This document shows positions 27,586-37,919 of a DNA stretch of 64,000 nucleotides, piece by piece. Source of the stretch: Chthoniobacterales bacterium (GTDB lineage Bacteria > Verrucomicrobiota > Verrucomicrobiia > Chthoniobacterales > JACTMZ01); NCBI GenBank assembly GCA_049315725.1, contig JBMOJP010000001.1, forward strand, positions 27,690 to 91,689, written 5' to 3'. Position 1 is the stretch's first letter. The number at the start of each line of letters is the position of its first letter. The position numbers and the translations under genes are program-made. A model generated the notes under the pieces. It worked only from the letters and a program-made list of their open reading frames with translations, did not search any database and was not told the DNA's origin.

Positions 27586-27616
27586 TCGCCTGAAAAGGCA
27601 CCGAATTTTCTAGCAC

Positions 27617-28012
<396 letters not shown>

Positions 28013-28031
28013 ACCCCTGATTTTTTAGACC

Positions 28032-28505
28032 ATGGCACGCAGACGCACAGCAACAAGACGCACGGTCCTCGGAGACAGCCGCTACGGCAGTTTGATGGTG
28101 ACCCGCCTGATCAACACGGTCATGCGCGATGGCAAAAAGTCCACCGCGGAAGGCATCGTTTACACCGCGATCGAGAAATGCCGCGAGGGCAGCGACGCCG
28201 TCGACCCGCTCGACGTGCTGACCAAGGCGCTGGACAACGTTCGCCCGCGCCTCGAGGTGAAATCCCGCCGCGTCGGCGGTGCCACTTACCAGGTGCCGAT
28301 GGAAGTGCCGGCCGACCGGCAATACGCCCTGGCCATGCGCTGGATCGTGACTTTTGCGGCGAAGCGCAAGGCCGTGCCGATGAAAGAGGCTCTGGCGACC
28401 GAGCTCAAAGACGCGGCCAACGGCCAGGGCAACGCGATCAAGAAGCGCGACGAAATGCACAAGATGGCCCAGGCCAACCGCGCCTTTGCCCACTTCCGCT
28501 GGTAA
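28032..28505 (+). CDS. rpsG: 30S ribosomal protein S7
   Basis: Typical S7 sequence, ...[15 protein letters not shown]...[14 protein letters not shown]...; 157 aa. Confidence 0.97.
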   Translation: MARRRTATRRTVLGDSRYGSLMVTRLINTVMRDGKKSTAEGIVYTAIEKCREGSDAVDPLDVLTKALDNVRPRLEVKSRRVGGATYQVPMEVPADRQYALAMRWIVTFAAKRKAVPMKEALATELKDAANGQGNAIKKRDEMHKMAQANRAFAHFRW

Positions 28506-28513
28506 TCACCAAG

Positions 28514-30685
28514 ATGTCTGCCACTGCCACAGCCGCCGCCGCCGCGGCCAATCCAAACTCGCCCGACCGTGCGTTTCCGCTGGAGAAGACGCGGAACATC
28601 GGCATCTGCGCCCACATTGACGCGGGCAAAACGACGCTGACCGAGCGCATTCTTTTTTACACCGGCATGATCCACAAGATCGGCGAGGTGCACGAGGGAA
28701 CGACGGTGACCGACTGGATGGAGCAGGAGCGCGAGCGCGGCATCACCATCACCTCGGCCGCGACCACCTGTGCGTGGTTGCAGAAGCCGGAAAAGGATGT
28801 CTTCAAGCTCTACGAAGGCATCAACATGCGGGTCAACATCATCGACACGCCGGGCCACGTGGATTTCACCGCCGAGGTGGAGCGTTCGCTCCGTGTGCTC
28901 GACGGCGCCATCGCCGTGTTCTGCGGCGTGGCCGGGGTGCAACCGCAGTCCGAGACGGTCTGGCGTCAGGCCACCAAATACAACGTCCCGCGTATTGCCT
29001 TCGTCAACAAGATGGACCGCACCGGTGCCGATTTCAATGCGGCGGTCGAAAGTATGAGGACCAAGCTGGGCGCCAACGTCTGGCCGATCCTCATTCCCCT
29101 TGGCAAGGAAGACCATCTGACGGGCCAGATTGACGTCATCAACCAGAAGGCCGTCATTTTCTCCGATAGCGACGTGATGGGTTCAGTCTACGAGGTCACC
29201 GATATTCCGGCCGATCACCAGGACTTGGCCAGAAAAGCTTACGACGACCTCGTCACCCAGATGACCGACCTCGACGAGGAAATCGGCATGATGTTCCTCG
29301 AGGAAAAGCCCATCACCAAACAGGACCTCAAGGCCGCTATCCGCCGCCAGACCATCGCCAACCGCTTCGTCCCCGTCGCCGGGGGTTCCGCCTTCAAGAA
29401 CAAGGGCGTGCAATACCTGGTTGATGCTGTGATTGATTACCTGCCCGGCCCGCTGGACATCCCGCCGGCCAAGGGCCAGGACCCCGATGACGCGACACCG
29501 ATCGACGCGCCAGCCAACGACCACGCCAATTTTTCCTCGCTCGCCTTCAAGCTGTGGAGTGATCCCTTCGTCGGCAAACTGGTTTTTTTCCGCGTCTATT
29601 CCGGCAAGCTCTCCAAGGGCGACACGGTTTATAACCCGCGCACGCGCAAGCGCGAACGCATCAGCCGCCTCATCCAGATCCAGGCGGACAAGCGCGAGGA
29701 TATCGACACCTGTTACGCCGGCGACATTGCGGCGATCGTCGGCATCCGCAACATCACCACGGGTGACACCCTTTGCGACGAGGACCACGCGATTCTGCTC
29801 GAACCCCCCTCGTTTCCCGACCCGGTCATCTCCATGGCCATCGAGCCGAAGACCAAGGTTGATCAGGAGAAAATGAGCGTCGCGCTCCAGCGACTGGCCG
29901 AGGAGGACCCGACCTTCCGCGTCTTCACCGACGTGGAAACCGGACAGACCATCATCGCCGGCATGGGCGAGTTGCACCTCGAGATCATTCGCGACCGCAT
30001 GATGCGCGAGTTCAAGGTGGATGCGAACGCGGGCAAACCGCAGATCGCCTACAAGGAAACGATCCTGGTCCCGGCGGACGGCGAGGGCAAATTGATCAAG
30101 CAATCCGGTGGACGTGGACAATACGGTCACGTCATCGTCAAGATTCAGCCCAACGAACGCGGCAAGGGCCTGACGATCGAAAACAAGATCGTCGGTGGGA
30201 CCATCCCCAAGGAATACATCCCCGCCTGCATCAAGGGCGTCGAGGAAGCGGTGATCAACGGCATCATTGGCGGCTACCCGGTGATCGACGTGCACGTTGA
30301 CATCGTCGACGGCTCGTTCCACGAGGTGGATTCCAACGAAATGGCTTTCAAGCTCGCCGCCATCTTCTCGTTCAAGGACGCCATGAAGAAGGCCAAAGCC
30401 ATCCTCCTTGAGCCTATCATGAAGGTGGAAAACATCACGCCGGACGAGTTCCAGGGCGACATTATGGGCGATCTCAACCGCCGCCGCGCCAAGATCCTCG
30501 GGATCGACACCAAGGGCAATCTCTGCACCATCACAGCCGAGGTTCCGCTGGCCGAAATGTTCGGCTACGCCACGGCCATCCGGTCGCTTTCCAAGGGACG
30601 CTCATCCTACTCGATGGAGCCCTCACACTTTGAGCAGGTGCCATCGCAGGTCCTTGCCGCTGTCCTCGACAGCCAGAAAAAATAA
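28514..30685 (+). CDS. fusA: elongation factor G
   Basis: [32 protein letters not shown] and NKMD. The start is at ATG 28514, with an Ala-rich N-terminal tag; 723 aa. Confidence 0.96.
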   Translation: MSATATAAAAAANPNSPDRAFPLEKTRNIGICAHIDAGKTTLTERILFYTGMIHKIGEVHEGTTVTDWMEQERERGITITSAATTCAWLQKPEKDVFKLYEGINMRVNIIDTPGHVDFTAEVERSLRVLDGAIAVFCGVAGVQPQSETVWRQATKYNVPRIAFVNKMDRTGADFNAAVESMRTKLGANVWPILIPLGKEDHLTGQIDVINQKAVIFSDSDVMGSVYEVTDIPADHQDLARKAYDDLVTQMTDLDEEIGMMFLEEKPITKQDLKAAIRRQTIANRFVPVAGGSAFKNKGVQYLVDAVIDYLPGPLDIPPAKGQDPDDATPIDAPANDHANFSSLAFKLWSDPFVGKLVFFRVYSGKLSKGDTVYNPRTRKRERISRLIQIQADKREDIDTCYAGDIAAIVGIRNITTGDTLCDEDHAILLEPPSFPDPVISMAIEPKTKVDQEKMSVALQRLAEEDPTFRVFTDVETGQTIIAGMGELHLEIIRDRMMREFKVDANAGKPQIAYKETILVPADGEGKLIKQSGGRGQYGHVIVKIQPNERGKGLTIENKIVGGTIPKEYIPACIKGVEEAVINGIIGGYPVIDVHVDIVDGSFHEVDSNEMAFKLAAIFSFKDAMKKAKAILLEPIMKVENITPDEFQGDIMGDLNRRRAKILGIDTKGNLCTITAEVPLAEMFGYATAIRSLSKGRSSYSMEPSHFEQVPSQVLAAVLDSQKK

Positions 30686-30690
30686 CCGCC

Positions 30691-30999
30691 ATGGCCACCC
30701 AAAAAATTCGCATCCGCCTCAAAGCTTTCGACCACACGTTATTGGATCGCTCTGTTCTCGAGATTGTTGAGACGGCCAAGCGCAGTGGATCGCAGATTGC
30801 CGGTCCCGTGCCCCTCCCGACCAAGATCGAGCGCTGGACGGTCAACCGCTCGCCCCACGTGGACAAGAAATCCATGGACCAATTTGAGCGCCGCACGCAC
30901 AAGCGCCTGCTCGATATCATCGACCCGACGGCCAAAACGGTGGACGAACTCCGCCGCCTTAATCTCCCGGCCGGCGTGGACATCAACATCCAAATTTAG
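30691..30999 (+). CDS. rpsJ: 30S ribosomal protein S10
   Basis: [18 protein letters not shown]...[23 protein letters not shown]; 102 aa. Confidence 0.97.
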   Translation: MATQKIRIRLKAFDHTLLDRSVLEIVETAKRSGSQIAGPVPLPTKIERWTVNRSPHVDKKSMDQFERRTHKRLLDIIDPTAKTVDELRRLNLPAGVDINIQI

Positions 31000-31007
31000 C
31001 TACGACC

Positions 31008-31643
31008 ATGAGCATAGGATTACTCGGAAAAAAACTCGGGATGACCCGGGTCTACGACGACAAGGGCGTTTCCACGCCGGTCACCGTCATTGCCGCCGCC
31101 GGCAACAAGGTTCTCCAGGTCAAGACGGCAGAAACCGATGGCTACGTGGCTGTGCAAGTCGGCTTTGACGATCAGAAGCCGTCGCGTGTTCCCAAGGCCC
31201 AGACCGGACATTTCGCCAAGACCTCCGCCACGCCCAAGCGGTTCATTCGCGAGTTTCGCCACGGCGCCGCCGAGGCCGGAACGGACCTCCCGGTCACAAC
31301 TTTCGCAGTCGGCCAGTTCGTTGACGTCATCGGCCAGTCCAAGGGCAAGGGCTTTCAGGGAGCCATGAAAAAGCACAATTACGAGGGCCAGCCCATGAGC
31401 CACGGCTCAATGATGCACCGCCGCACCGGGGCCATCGGCAACCGCTCGACCCCGGGTCGGGTGTGGAAAAACATGGGCATGCCGGGCCACATGGGCGACG
31501 AGCGTGTCACCGTGCAGAATCTGCAGATCGTCCAAGTCCGCGAAGAAGACGGCATCCTCCTCGTCAGCGGGGCCATCCCCGGGGCCAAGGGCACCTACGT
31601 GGTGGTCCGCCCGTCCAAGAAAAAGTCTGCCCCGAACAAGTAA
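31008..31643 (+). CDS. rplC: 50S ribosomal protein L3
   Basis: GLLGKKLGMTRVYDDKG...GKGFQGAMKKHN; 211 aa. Confidence 0.97.
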   Translation: MSIGLLGKKLGMTRVYDDKGVSTPVTVIAAAGNKVLQVKTAETDGYVAVQVGFDDQKPSRVPKAQTGHFAKTSATPKRFIREFRHGAAEAGTDLPVTTFAVGQFVDVIGQSKGKGFQGAMKKHNYEGQPMSHGSMMHRRTGAIGNRSTPGRVWKNMGMPGHMGDERVTVQNLQIVQVREEDGILLVSGAIPGAKGTYVVVRPSKKKSAPNK

Positions 31644-31644
31644 C

Positions 31645-32259
31645 ATGAGCGCGAAAATTCTCACCGCCGACGCGGCCCGTCAGGCCAACATCAATCTGAT
31701 CGAGAACGGCAAGGGCACGCAGGCCGTCCACGACGTGGTCGTGGCGCTGCGCGCCAACCGCCGTTCCGGTTCGGCCAACACCAAGACCAAGGCTGAGGTC
31801 AGTTTTTCCGGGGCCAAGCCCTGGCGGCAAAAAGGCACGGGCCGGGCCCGCGCCGGCTACAAGTCCTCGCCCGTCTGGCGGGGCGGCGGCGTGGTCTTCG
31901 GACCAAAGCCTCGCGACTATGCCAAGAAGACACCCAAGTCCGTGCGTCGTCTCGCCCTGCGCAAGGCCCTCAGCGCCCGTATCCTCTCCGGGGATGTTTT
32001 CCTCGTCGATGCTCCCGCGATCCCGGATGGCAAAACGACCAAGTTTCTGGCCTACGTCGAGAAGAACGCCAAGGACGCTCGCAAGGTGCTGGTGGTTTCG
32101 CCCTCCTTTGACGAAACGACCTGCCGCGCCGCCCGCAACCTCGGCCATGTGCTGCTCATGACCGCAGCCGACGTCAACGCCGAGCATATTCTCGCCTTCG
32201 ACAAAATTCTCCTGACCGGCGACGCGCTGGCCAAAATCTCCGAAAGGATGGCAGCATGA
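31645..32259 (+). CDS. rplD: 50S ribosomal protein L4
   Basis: ...KPWRQKGTGRARAGYKSSPVWRGGGVVFGPKPRDY...; ATG 31645. Confidence 0.96.
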   Translation: MSAKILTADAARQANINLIENGKGTQAVHDVVVALRANRRSGSANTKTKAEVSFSGAKPWRQKGTGRARAGYKSSPVWRGGGVVFGPKPRDYAKKTPKSVRRLALRKALSARILSGDVFLVDAPAIPDGKTTKFLAYVEKNAKDARKVLVVSPSFDETTCRAARNLGHVLLMTAADVNAEHILAFDKILLTGDALAKISERMAA

Positions 32260-32540
32260 AAGAGCCCTTTGACATCATCCGCACGGTCCGCCTGACCGAA
32301 AAAGCCACCCTCCTGACGGAGAAAAGCAATAAATACGTCTTCGAAGTCAACCCCGCGGCGAACAAGCTCGAAATCAAGGCGGCGATCGAAAGTCTCTTCC
32401 AGAAAAAAGTCGTCTCGGTCAACACGTCCAATTACGCGGGCAAGAAAAAGCGCGAACGTCGTCCGGACTTTGGTCGCCGCCCGCATTGGAAGAAAGCCAT
32501 CGTCACCCTCAAAGCCGGCGAGAAACTCGATCTCGTCTAA
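32256..32540 (+). CDS. rplW: 50S ribosomal protein L23
   Basis: ...[11 protein letters not shown]...[20 protein letters not shown].; ATGA overlap with rplD. Confidence 0.95.
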   Translation: MKEPFDIIRTVRLTEKATLLTEKSNKYVFEVNPAANKLEIKAAIESLFQKKVVSVNTSNYAGKKKRERRPDFGRRPHWKKAIVTLKAGEKLDLV

Positions 32541-32554
32541 ACTCTTTCCACGCC

Positions 32555-33394
32555 ATGGCCCTTAAAACTTTCCGCCCTCTCACGCCTTCCGCACGCTTCA
32601 AGGCCCTTCCAAGCTTTGAGGAAATCACGAAGAAAAGTCCCGAGAAGAGTCTTGTCACCACCCGCAAACGCACGGGCGGCCGCAACAACCAGGGACGTCT
32701 GACCTGCCGTCACATTGGCGGCGGACACAAACGCAAGTTGCGCCTCATTGATTTCAAGCGTCGCAAGCACGGCGTGAGCGCCGAGGTCATCGCGATCGAA
32801 TACGACCCCAACCGCACCGCCCGCATTGCCCTCGTGCAGTATCCGGACGGCGAGAAGGCCTACATTCTGGCCCCCGACGCATTGAAAGTAGGCATGCAGG
32901 TGTCGGCCGGACCCGAGGCTGCTCCGCAGGTCGGCAACGCCCTTCCGCTGGCCAACATTCCCCCGGGGTCGGCCATCCACAACATCGAACTTATGCCCGG
33001 CCGCGGCGGCCAGATCGCCCGCAGTGCCGGCCAGCAGGCCTTCCTCAACAACCGCGAGGGCGGCTACGCCCTGGTCAAACTGCCTTCCGGCGAAATCCGC
33101 AAGATCAAGGAGACCTGTTACGCAACTATGGGCCAGGTGGGCAACAGCGAGCACATGAACGTCTCCGGCGGCAAGGCCGGGCGTTCCCGCTGGCTCGGCA
33201 TCCGACCGACCGTTCGCGGCATGGTCATGAACCCGGTGGACCACCCGATGGGCGGCGGTAACGGCAAGAGCAAAGGCGGCGGCGGACGTCACCACCCGAT
33301 GAGTCCCTGGGGACAACTTTCCAAGGGGTTCAAGACCCGCAAAAAACACAAACCGTCGGATCGCTTCATCGTGGAGCGCCGCAAGAAGAAGTAA
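32555..33394 (+). CDS. rplB: 50S ribosomal protein L2
   Basis: [15 protein letters not shown]...[15 protein letters not shown]...[10 protein letters not shown]. Confidence 0.97.
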   Translation: MALKTFRPLTPSARFKALPSFEEITKKSPEKSLVTTRKRTGGRNNQGRLTCRHIGGGHKRKLRLIDFKRRKHGVSAEVIAIEYDPNRTARIALVQYPDGEKAYILAPDALKVGMQVSAGPEAAPQVGNALPLANIPPGSAIHNIELMPGRGGQIARSAGQQAFLNNREGGYALVKLPSGEIRKIKETCYATMGQVGNSEHMNVSGGKAGRSRWLGIRPTVRGMVMNPVDHPMGGGNGKSKGGGGRHHPMSPWGQLSKGFKTRKKHKPSDRFIVERRKKK

Positions 33395-33397
33395 GCC

Positions 33398-33676
33398 ATG
33401 GGTAGATCGCTCAAAAAGGGCCCGTTCGTCGAGGCCCACCTGCTGGAGAAAATCGACCGCCTGAATGAAGGCGGGGCGAAAAAGCCAATTAAAACCTGGT
33501 CCCGCCGGTCGATGATCACCCCGGATTTCGTCGGGCACACCTTCCTCGTGCACAACGGGAAAATTTTCAATTCAGTTTTCGTCACTGAGAATATGGTCGG
33601 GCACAAGCTCGGCGAGTTCTCGCCCACGCGCATCTTTAAGAAACACGGATCGCATACGGCGAAAGTGACGAAATAA
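33398..33676 (+). CDS. rpsS: 30S ribosomal protein S19
   Basis: [16 protein letters not shown]...[23 protein letters not shown]...; 92 aa. Confidence 0.97.
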   Translation: MGRSLKKGPFVEAHLLEKIDRLNEGGAKKPIKTWSRRSMITPDFVGHTFLVHNGKIFNSVFVTENMVGHKLGEFSPTRIFKKHGSHTAKVTK

Positions 33677-33678
33677 AA

Positions 33679-34560
33679 GTGGCCTTGATCGGCAGGTTGG
33701 CCCTGGCCGGGTGTCTTTGGATCACCCTGGCCGGAGTCACCTCCGCCCAAAGCCGCAGTTCTTTGACAGACCGAGATTCTGGAGACGCCGCCTCAGTGGC
33801 GCGTCTCAACGAGCAGTTATTGCTCGCACGCGAGTCTATCCGCAGTTTGACCGAAAGTCTGGCCCTCGCCAACAGCGAGGCGGAAATTTTCAAACGCCAG
33901 GCGGAAGACGTGCAGGCAAAATTCGACGCCTTGGCCCCAACGGCCGAGAACGGAGGAGAGGTTGGCGAGCGCCTTCTGGCGACGATCAACGAACTCACAC
34001 GGCAGCAGAAAGAAAACGCCCTGCTTCTGGAGCGGCTGCTGGCTGTGTCCGAGGGAGTGCAAATTTTTCTCAAGAGTGTCGAATCCGCCGACAACGAGGA
34101 ACGCGAGGCTTTCGAGAAGGGTTTGCAGACGCAAGCGTCGGATCCATCGGATCCCGAAGCCCAAGCCGAAGCCAAATCGCTCCTGGAAATAGTGACAAGG
34201 TCACGCACAGCGCAGGCGGAGGCACGCGCCCGGCTCGAGGGAGAACTTCGCGCTGTGGACCGCCTCGTTGGAGTCGGCGCCGCCGACGAAGTCGAGGCCA
34301 ACGCGGGGGGACCAACCCTCACCGATGCCTCCATCGTCGAGGTCAAGCCCGAGTTTTCGCTGACGGTGGCCAATATTGGCCGCGCCGCCGGGGTGCGGGT
34401 CGGAATGCCTTTCCAAGTGTGGCGCGGCAACCGCCGCGTGGGAGAAGTTCGTGTCATTGACGTGCGGGACCGCATCAGCGGGGCCGTCGTCCAGAATCTT
34501 GTGTCCGAAGAGGATCCAATCCAAGTCGGCGACCGCCTCCGGGTGGACGCCCGCCGCTAG
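33679..34560 (+). CDS. non-ribosomal secreted (or lipo-) protein with signal peptide, long coiled coil and C-terminal beta-rich domain, embedded in the S10 operon
   Basis: GTG at 33679, 3 nt after the rpsS TAA. The 293-codon frame ends 28 nt before the rplV ATG. N-terminus MALIGRLALAGCLWITLAGVTSA|QS, about 170 aa of heptad-like E/L/A/R/Q sequence, and C-terminus VEVKPEFSLTVANIGRAAGVRVGMPFQVWRGNRRVGEVRVIDV...IQVGDRLRV. Third codon positions are mostly G/C in this frame. There is no terminator at either junction. Confidence 0.7.
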   Translation: MALIGRLALAGCLWITLAGVTSAQSRSSLTDRDSGDAASVARLNEQLLLARESIRSLTESLALANSEAEIFKRQAEDVQAKFDALAPTAENGGEVGERLLATINELTRQQKENALLLERLLAVSEGVQIFLKSVESADNEEREAFEKGLQTQASDPSDPEAQAEAKSLLEIVTRSRTAQAEARARLEGELRAVDRLVGVGAADEVEANAGGPTLTDASIVEVKPEFSLTVANIGRAAGVRVGMPFQVWRGNRRVGEVRVIDVRDRISGAVVQNLVSEEDPIQVGDRLRVDARR

Positions 34561-34588
34561 CCAATACAAAAGAAAAAATTTTAATAAC

Positions 34589-35059
34589 ATGGAAACCAGA
34601 TCGATTTACCGGTTCGCCCGCATATCGCCGTTCAAGGCGCGCGAGGTGACGCGCGAGATCCAGGGGCTGCCCGTCAAGCAGGCCCTCGATTTGCTGGCCT
34701 TTACCCCGAAGAAGGCGGCCGGTCTCATCGCCAAGACGCTCAAGAGCGCCGTGGCCAACGCGGAGAACAATCACCAAGCCCGCGTCGAGACTCTGGTCGT
34801 GCGTGAAGCCGTGGTGGGTGAGGGGCCAACCCTCGATCGTTTCCAACCGAAGGCCCGCGGCAGCGCCGGCCCGATCCGCAAACGCAGCAGCCACATCCGC
34901 ATCATCGTGACGGACGAGATCGAAATCTCGACCCGCGAGACCCGACGGGCCGCGAAGAAAAAGACTTCCGCCAAGAAACCCGCAGCGAAAAAAGCTGCGG
35001 TCAAGAAGCAGGCCGCACCGGCCGAAGAAACCGCGCCCGCGGCGGAAGAAACCAAATAA
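34589..35059 (+). CDS. rplV: 50S ribosomal protein L22 with a Lys/Ala-rich C-terminal extension
   Basis: ...ARISPFKAREVTREIQGLPVKQALDLLAFTPKKAA...GPTLDRFQPKARGSAGPIRKRSSHI, followed by a ~45 aa AKK/PAEE tail; ATG 34589. Confidence 0.96.
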   Translation: METRSIYRFARISPFKAREVTREIQGLPVKQALDLLAFTPKKAAGLIAKTLKSAVANAENNHQARVETLVVREAVVGEGPTLDRFQPKARGSAGPIRKRSSHIRIIVTDEIEISTRETRRAAKKKTSAKKPAAKKAAVKKQAAPAEETAPAAEETK

Positions 35060-35063
35060 GACC

Positions 35064-35756
35064 ATGGGACAAAAAGTTCATCCGATCGGCTTCCGCCTCC
35101 CCCTGACCCGCGACTGGGGCTCCAAGTGGTATGCTCCCCGCAAGGATTTTGCCGACCACCTGCACGCCGATCTCAAAATCCGCGAGTATCTCAAAGCCAA
35201 GCTCCGCCAGGCTGCCGTCTCCAAGATCGTCATCGAGCGAGCCTGGAACAGCGTCCGCGTGACCATTTATACGGCCCGTCCTGGGCTCGTCATTGGCCGG
35301 AAAGGCTCGGAGATCGAGAACATGACCCGCGAAGTCTCGGGCATCTCCGGGGACAAGCAGGTCAAAATTGATATCCAGGAAATCCGCTCTCCTGAGACCA
35401 CGGCGCAACTCGTGGCCGAGAGCGTCGGCGGCCAGCTCGAGCGCCGTATTTCCTTCCGCCGTGCGATGAAGAAAGCCGTCCAGATTGCCATGGAACAGGG
35501 TGCTCTCGGCATCAAGATTCGTTGCGCCGGCCGTCTCGGCGGCGCAGAAATCGCGCGCACCGAGCAGTATCGCGAAGGCAAAGTGCCCCTGCACACCATG
35601 CGCACCCCGATCGACTATGGTTTTGCCGAAGCCAAGACCATCGCCGGCACCGTGGGGATCAAATGCTGGATTTGCAAGGCCGAGGAGGCCGCCCCGGCCA
35701 AACCCGCCGAACAGGAGGCCTCGCTGCCTCCCCCGGCTCCCGCCGCCAACGTCTGA
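35064..35756 (+). CDS. rpsC: 30S ribosomal protein S3
   Basis: [12 protein letters not shown]...KH domain...[12 protein letters not shown]; Ala/Pro-rich C-terminal tail. Confidence 0.97.
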   Translation: MGQKVHPIGFRLPLTRDWGSKWYAPRKDFADHLHADLKIREYLKAKLRQAAVSKIVIERAWNSVRVTIYTARPGLVIGRKGSEIENMTREVSGISGDKQVKIDIQEIRSPETTAQLVAESVGGQLERRISFRRAMKKAVQIAMEQGALGIKIRCAGRLGGAEIARTEQYREGKVPLHTMRTPIDYGFAEAKTIAGTVGIKCWICKAEEAAPAKPAEQEASLPPPAPAANV

Positions 35757-35778
35757 CAACTTTTAGGAGATACCTGCC

Positions 35779-36198
35779 ATGCCCTTGATGCCCAAACGCG
35801 TGAAGTTCCGGAAATCCCAGCGGGGAAGCCGCAAGGGAACCGCTTCGCGTAACACCAACATCGATTTCGGCGAGTTCGGTCTGCAGACCCTCGAACGCGC
35901 CTGGATCACCAACATCCAGATCGAAGCCGCCCGCGTCGCCCTCACGCGCAACATGAAGCGCAAGGGCAAACTCTGGATCCGTATTTTCCCCGACAAGTCC
36001 GTGACCTCGCGTCCGCCGGAAACCCGCATGGGCAAAGGCAAGGGCGCGCCCGAATACTGGGTTGCCGTGGTCCGTCCGGGAAACATCTTGTTCGAGCTCG
36101 ACGGTGTGACGGAAAGCGTCGCCCGCGAATCCCTGCGCCTCGCCGCCGACAAGTTGCCTATCCGCACCAAGTTCATCTCCCGGCACCACGCCGCCTGA
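35779..36198 (+). CDS. rplP: 50S ribosomal protein L16
   Basis: [20 protein letters not shown]...[19 protein letters not shown]. Confidence 0.97.
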   Translation: MPLMPKRVKFRKSQRGSRKGTASRNTNIDFGEFGLQTLERAWITNIQIEAARVALTRNMKRKGKLWIRIFPDKSVTSRPPETRMGKGKGAPEYWVAVVRPGNILFELDGVTESVARESLRLAADKLPIRTKFISRHHAA

Positions 36199-36202
36199 CG
36201 TT

Positions 36203-36403
36203 ATGAAAACCAAGGAAATTTCCCAACTCACGCCGGCTGAACTTCTCAGCCGCAAGCGCGAGCTTCGCCACGAGATCTTCAACCTTCGCCTCCAGCAGCA
36301 GAGCGGGCAATTGGAGAAGCCCTCCCTCATCCGCGCGCTGCGCCGCGAGGCCGCCCGGGTCGAGACCTTCCTCACGCAGAAATTGAAAGCAGCCCAATCA
36401 TGA
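36203..36403 (+). CDS. rpmC: 50S ribosomal protein L29
   Basis: 66 aa, ...[34 protein letters not shown]. Confidence 0.93.
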   Translation: MKTKEISQLTPAELLSRKRELRHEIFNLRLQQQSGQLEKPSLIRALRREAARVETFLTQKLKAAQS

Positions 36404-36681
36404 GCGATACCGCCACCACCACCGCCCCCGCACCAACCCGCGGGATCCGCAAATCCCTCGTCGGCGAGGTCGTCTCGGACAAAATGGACAAGACCGTCGT
36501 TGTTCGCACGGTCAACCGCGTCCCGCACCCCCGTTTCGGGAAAATCGTCAAGCAAATCGCCAAGTTCCATGCCCACGACGAGAAGAACGAGGCCAAGCTC
36601 GGGGACAAGGTTCGCATCACGGAAACCCGCCCCCTCAGCCGCCTGAAACGCTGGCGTTTGGTCGAGATCCTCAAACACTAA
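36400..36681 (+). CDS. rpsQ: 30S ribosomal protein S17
   Basis: ...[30 protein letters not shown]...[22 protein letters not shown]. Confidence 0.96.
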   Translation: MSDTATTTAPAPTRGIRKSLVGEVVSDKMDKTVVVRTVNRVPHPRFGKIVKQIAKFHAHDEKNEAKLGDKVRITETRPLSRLKRWRLVEILKH

Positions 36682-36688
36682 GACTGCC

Positions 36689-37054
36689 ATGATCCAGCTC
36701 CGCTCCCGTCTCGATGTCGCCGATAATACCGGCGCCCGCATGGCCACCATGATCGGTGTCATCGGCAAGAAATCAGCCTTCGCCGGTGTGGGCGACGTCA
36801 TCACGGCCAACGTCCGTGAAGCCTCGTCCGGCGGCACGGTGAAGAAAGGCGATGTCGTTCGCGCCGTCATCGTGCGCACCCGCCAGCCGCTCAAGCGTCC
36901 GGACGGTTCCGCCCTGCGGTTCGACAGCAACGCCATTGTCATCATCGATAAGGATCTCAATCCCCGCGGCACCCGCATCTTCGGACCGGTGGCCCGCGAA
37001 CTGCGGGAGAAAAATTTCATGAAAATCGTCTCCCTGGCTCCGGAGGTCCTATGA
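36689..37054 (+). CDS. rplN: 50S ribosomal protein L14
   Basis: [17 protein letters not shown]...; 121 aa. Confidence 0.97.
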   Translation: MIQLRSRLDVADNTGARMATMIGVIGKKSAFAGVGDVITANVREASSGGTVKKGDVVRAVIVRTRQPLKRPDGSALRFDSNAIVIIDKDLNPRGTRIFGPVARELREKNFMKIVSLAPEVL

Positions 37055-37332
37055 ACCGGCTAAAATCACACGTTAACAAAGGCGATCTCGTCCGCGTCAT
37101 CACCGGCAACCACCGGGGCGCCGAGGGTAAGGTGCTGCAGGTCGTGCGCGGCAAAAATCAGGTTCTCATCGAGGGCGTGCGCATGGTCAAGAAGCACACG
37201 CGCAAATCCCAGGATCACCCCAATGGCGCCATCATCGAGCGCGAGGGTCCGATCCATCTATCCAACGTCAAGCGGATTGAAGCCGCCGAAAAAAAGAAGG
37301 AGACCGCCAAGGCCAAGCCCAAGGCGAAGTAA
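37051..37332 (+). CDS. rplX: 50S ribosomal protein L24
   Basis: [25 protein letters not shown] motif; Lys-rich tail. Confidence 0.95.
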   Translation: MNRLKSHVNKGDLVRVITGNHRGAEGKVLQVVRGKNQVLIEGVRMVKKHTRKSQDHPNGAIIEREGPIHLSNVKRIEAAEKKKETAKAKPKAK

Positions 37333-37335
37333 CCC

Positions 37336-37914
37336 ATGGAAGTCGAACTCTACAAGGAATACACCGCCCGCGTCGTGCCGGCGCTCAAGACCAAACACGG
37401 CTACGCCAATCCCCACCAGGTGCCGCGCGTCGACAAGGTCGTGGTCAACACCTCGATCGGGTCCTCCCCGGATACGAAGGAGGCGCTCGAAATCGCCGTG
37501 ACCGAGTTGCGGACCATCACCGGCCAGAACCCGGTGCGGACGCGCTCGAAGAAGGCCATCTCGAATTTCAAACTGCGCAAGGATCAGCCCATCGGGGCCA
37601 AAGTGACCCTGCGCGGACGCAACATGTATGAGTTTCTGGAACGACTGATCAAGACGGCCCTGCCGAAAATCCGCGACTTTCGCGGCATTTCACCCAAAGC
37701 CTTCGACGGCCAGGGCAATTACACCCTCGGCGTCTCCGACCAGAGCATCTTTCCCGAAATCGAGCTCGACAAAATCAAGCGCAACGTCGGTTTCGACGTG
37801 ACCATTGTCACGACCGCCCGGACCGACGAGGAGGCCAAGTCGCTTCTCGGCGAGTTGGGCATGCCCTTCACCGACCGCGCCAAGCCCGTGGCCAGCGTGG
37901 CCAAGAAAGACTGA
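37336..37914 (+). CDS. rplE: 50S ribosomal protein L5
   Basis: ...NPHQVPRVDKVVVNTSIG...FRGISPKAFDGQGNYTLGV. Confidence 0.97.
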   Translation: MEVELYKEYTARVVPALKTKHGYANPHQVPRVDKVVVNTSIGSSPDTKEALEIAVTELRTITGQNPVRTRSKKAISNFKLRKDQPIGAKVTLRGRNMYEFLERLIKTALPKIRDFRGISPKAFDGQGNYTLGVSDQSIFPEIELDKIKRNVGFDVTIVTTARTDEEAKSLLGELGMPFTDRAKPVASVAKKD

Positions 37915-37919
37915 ACTGA

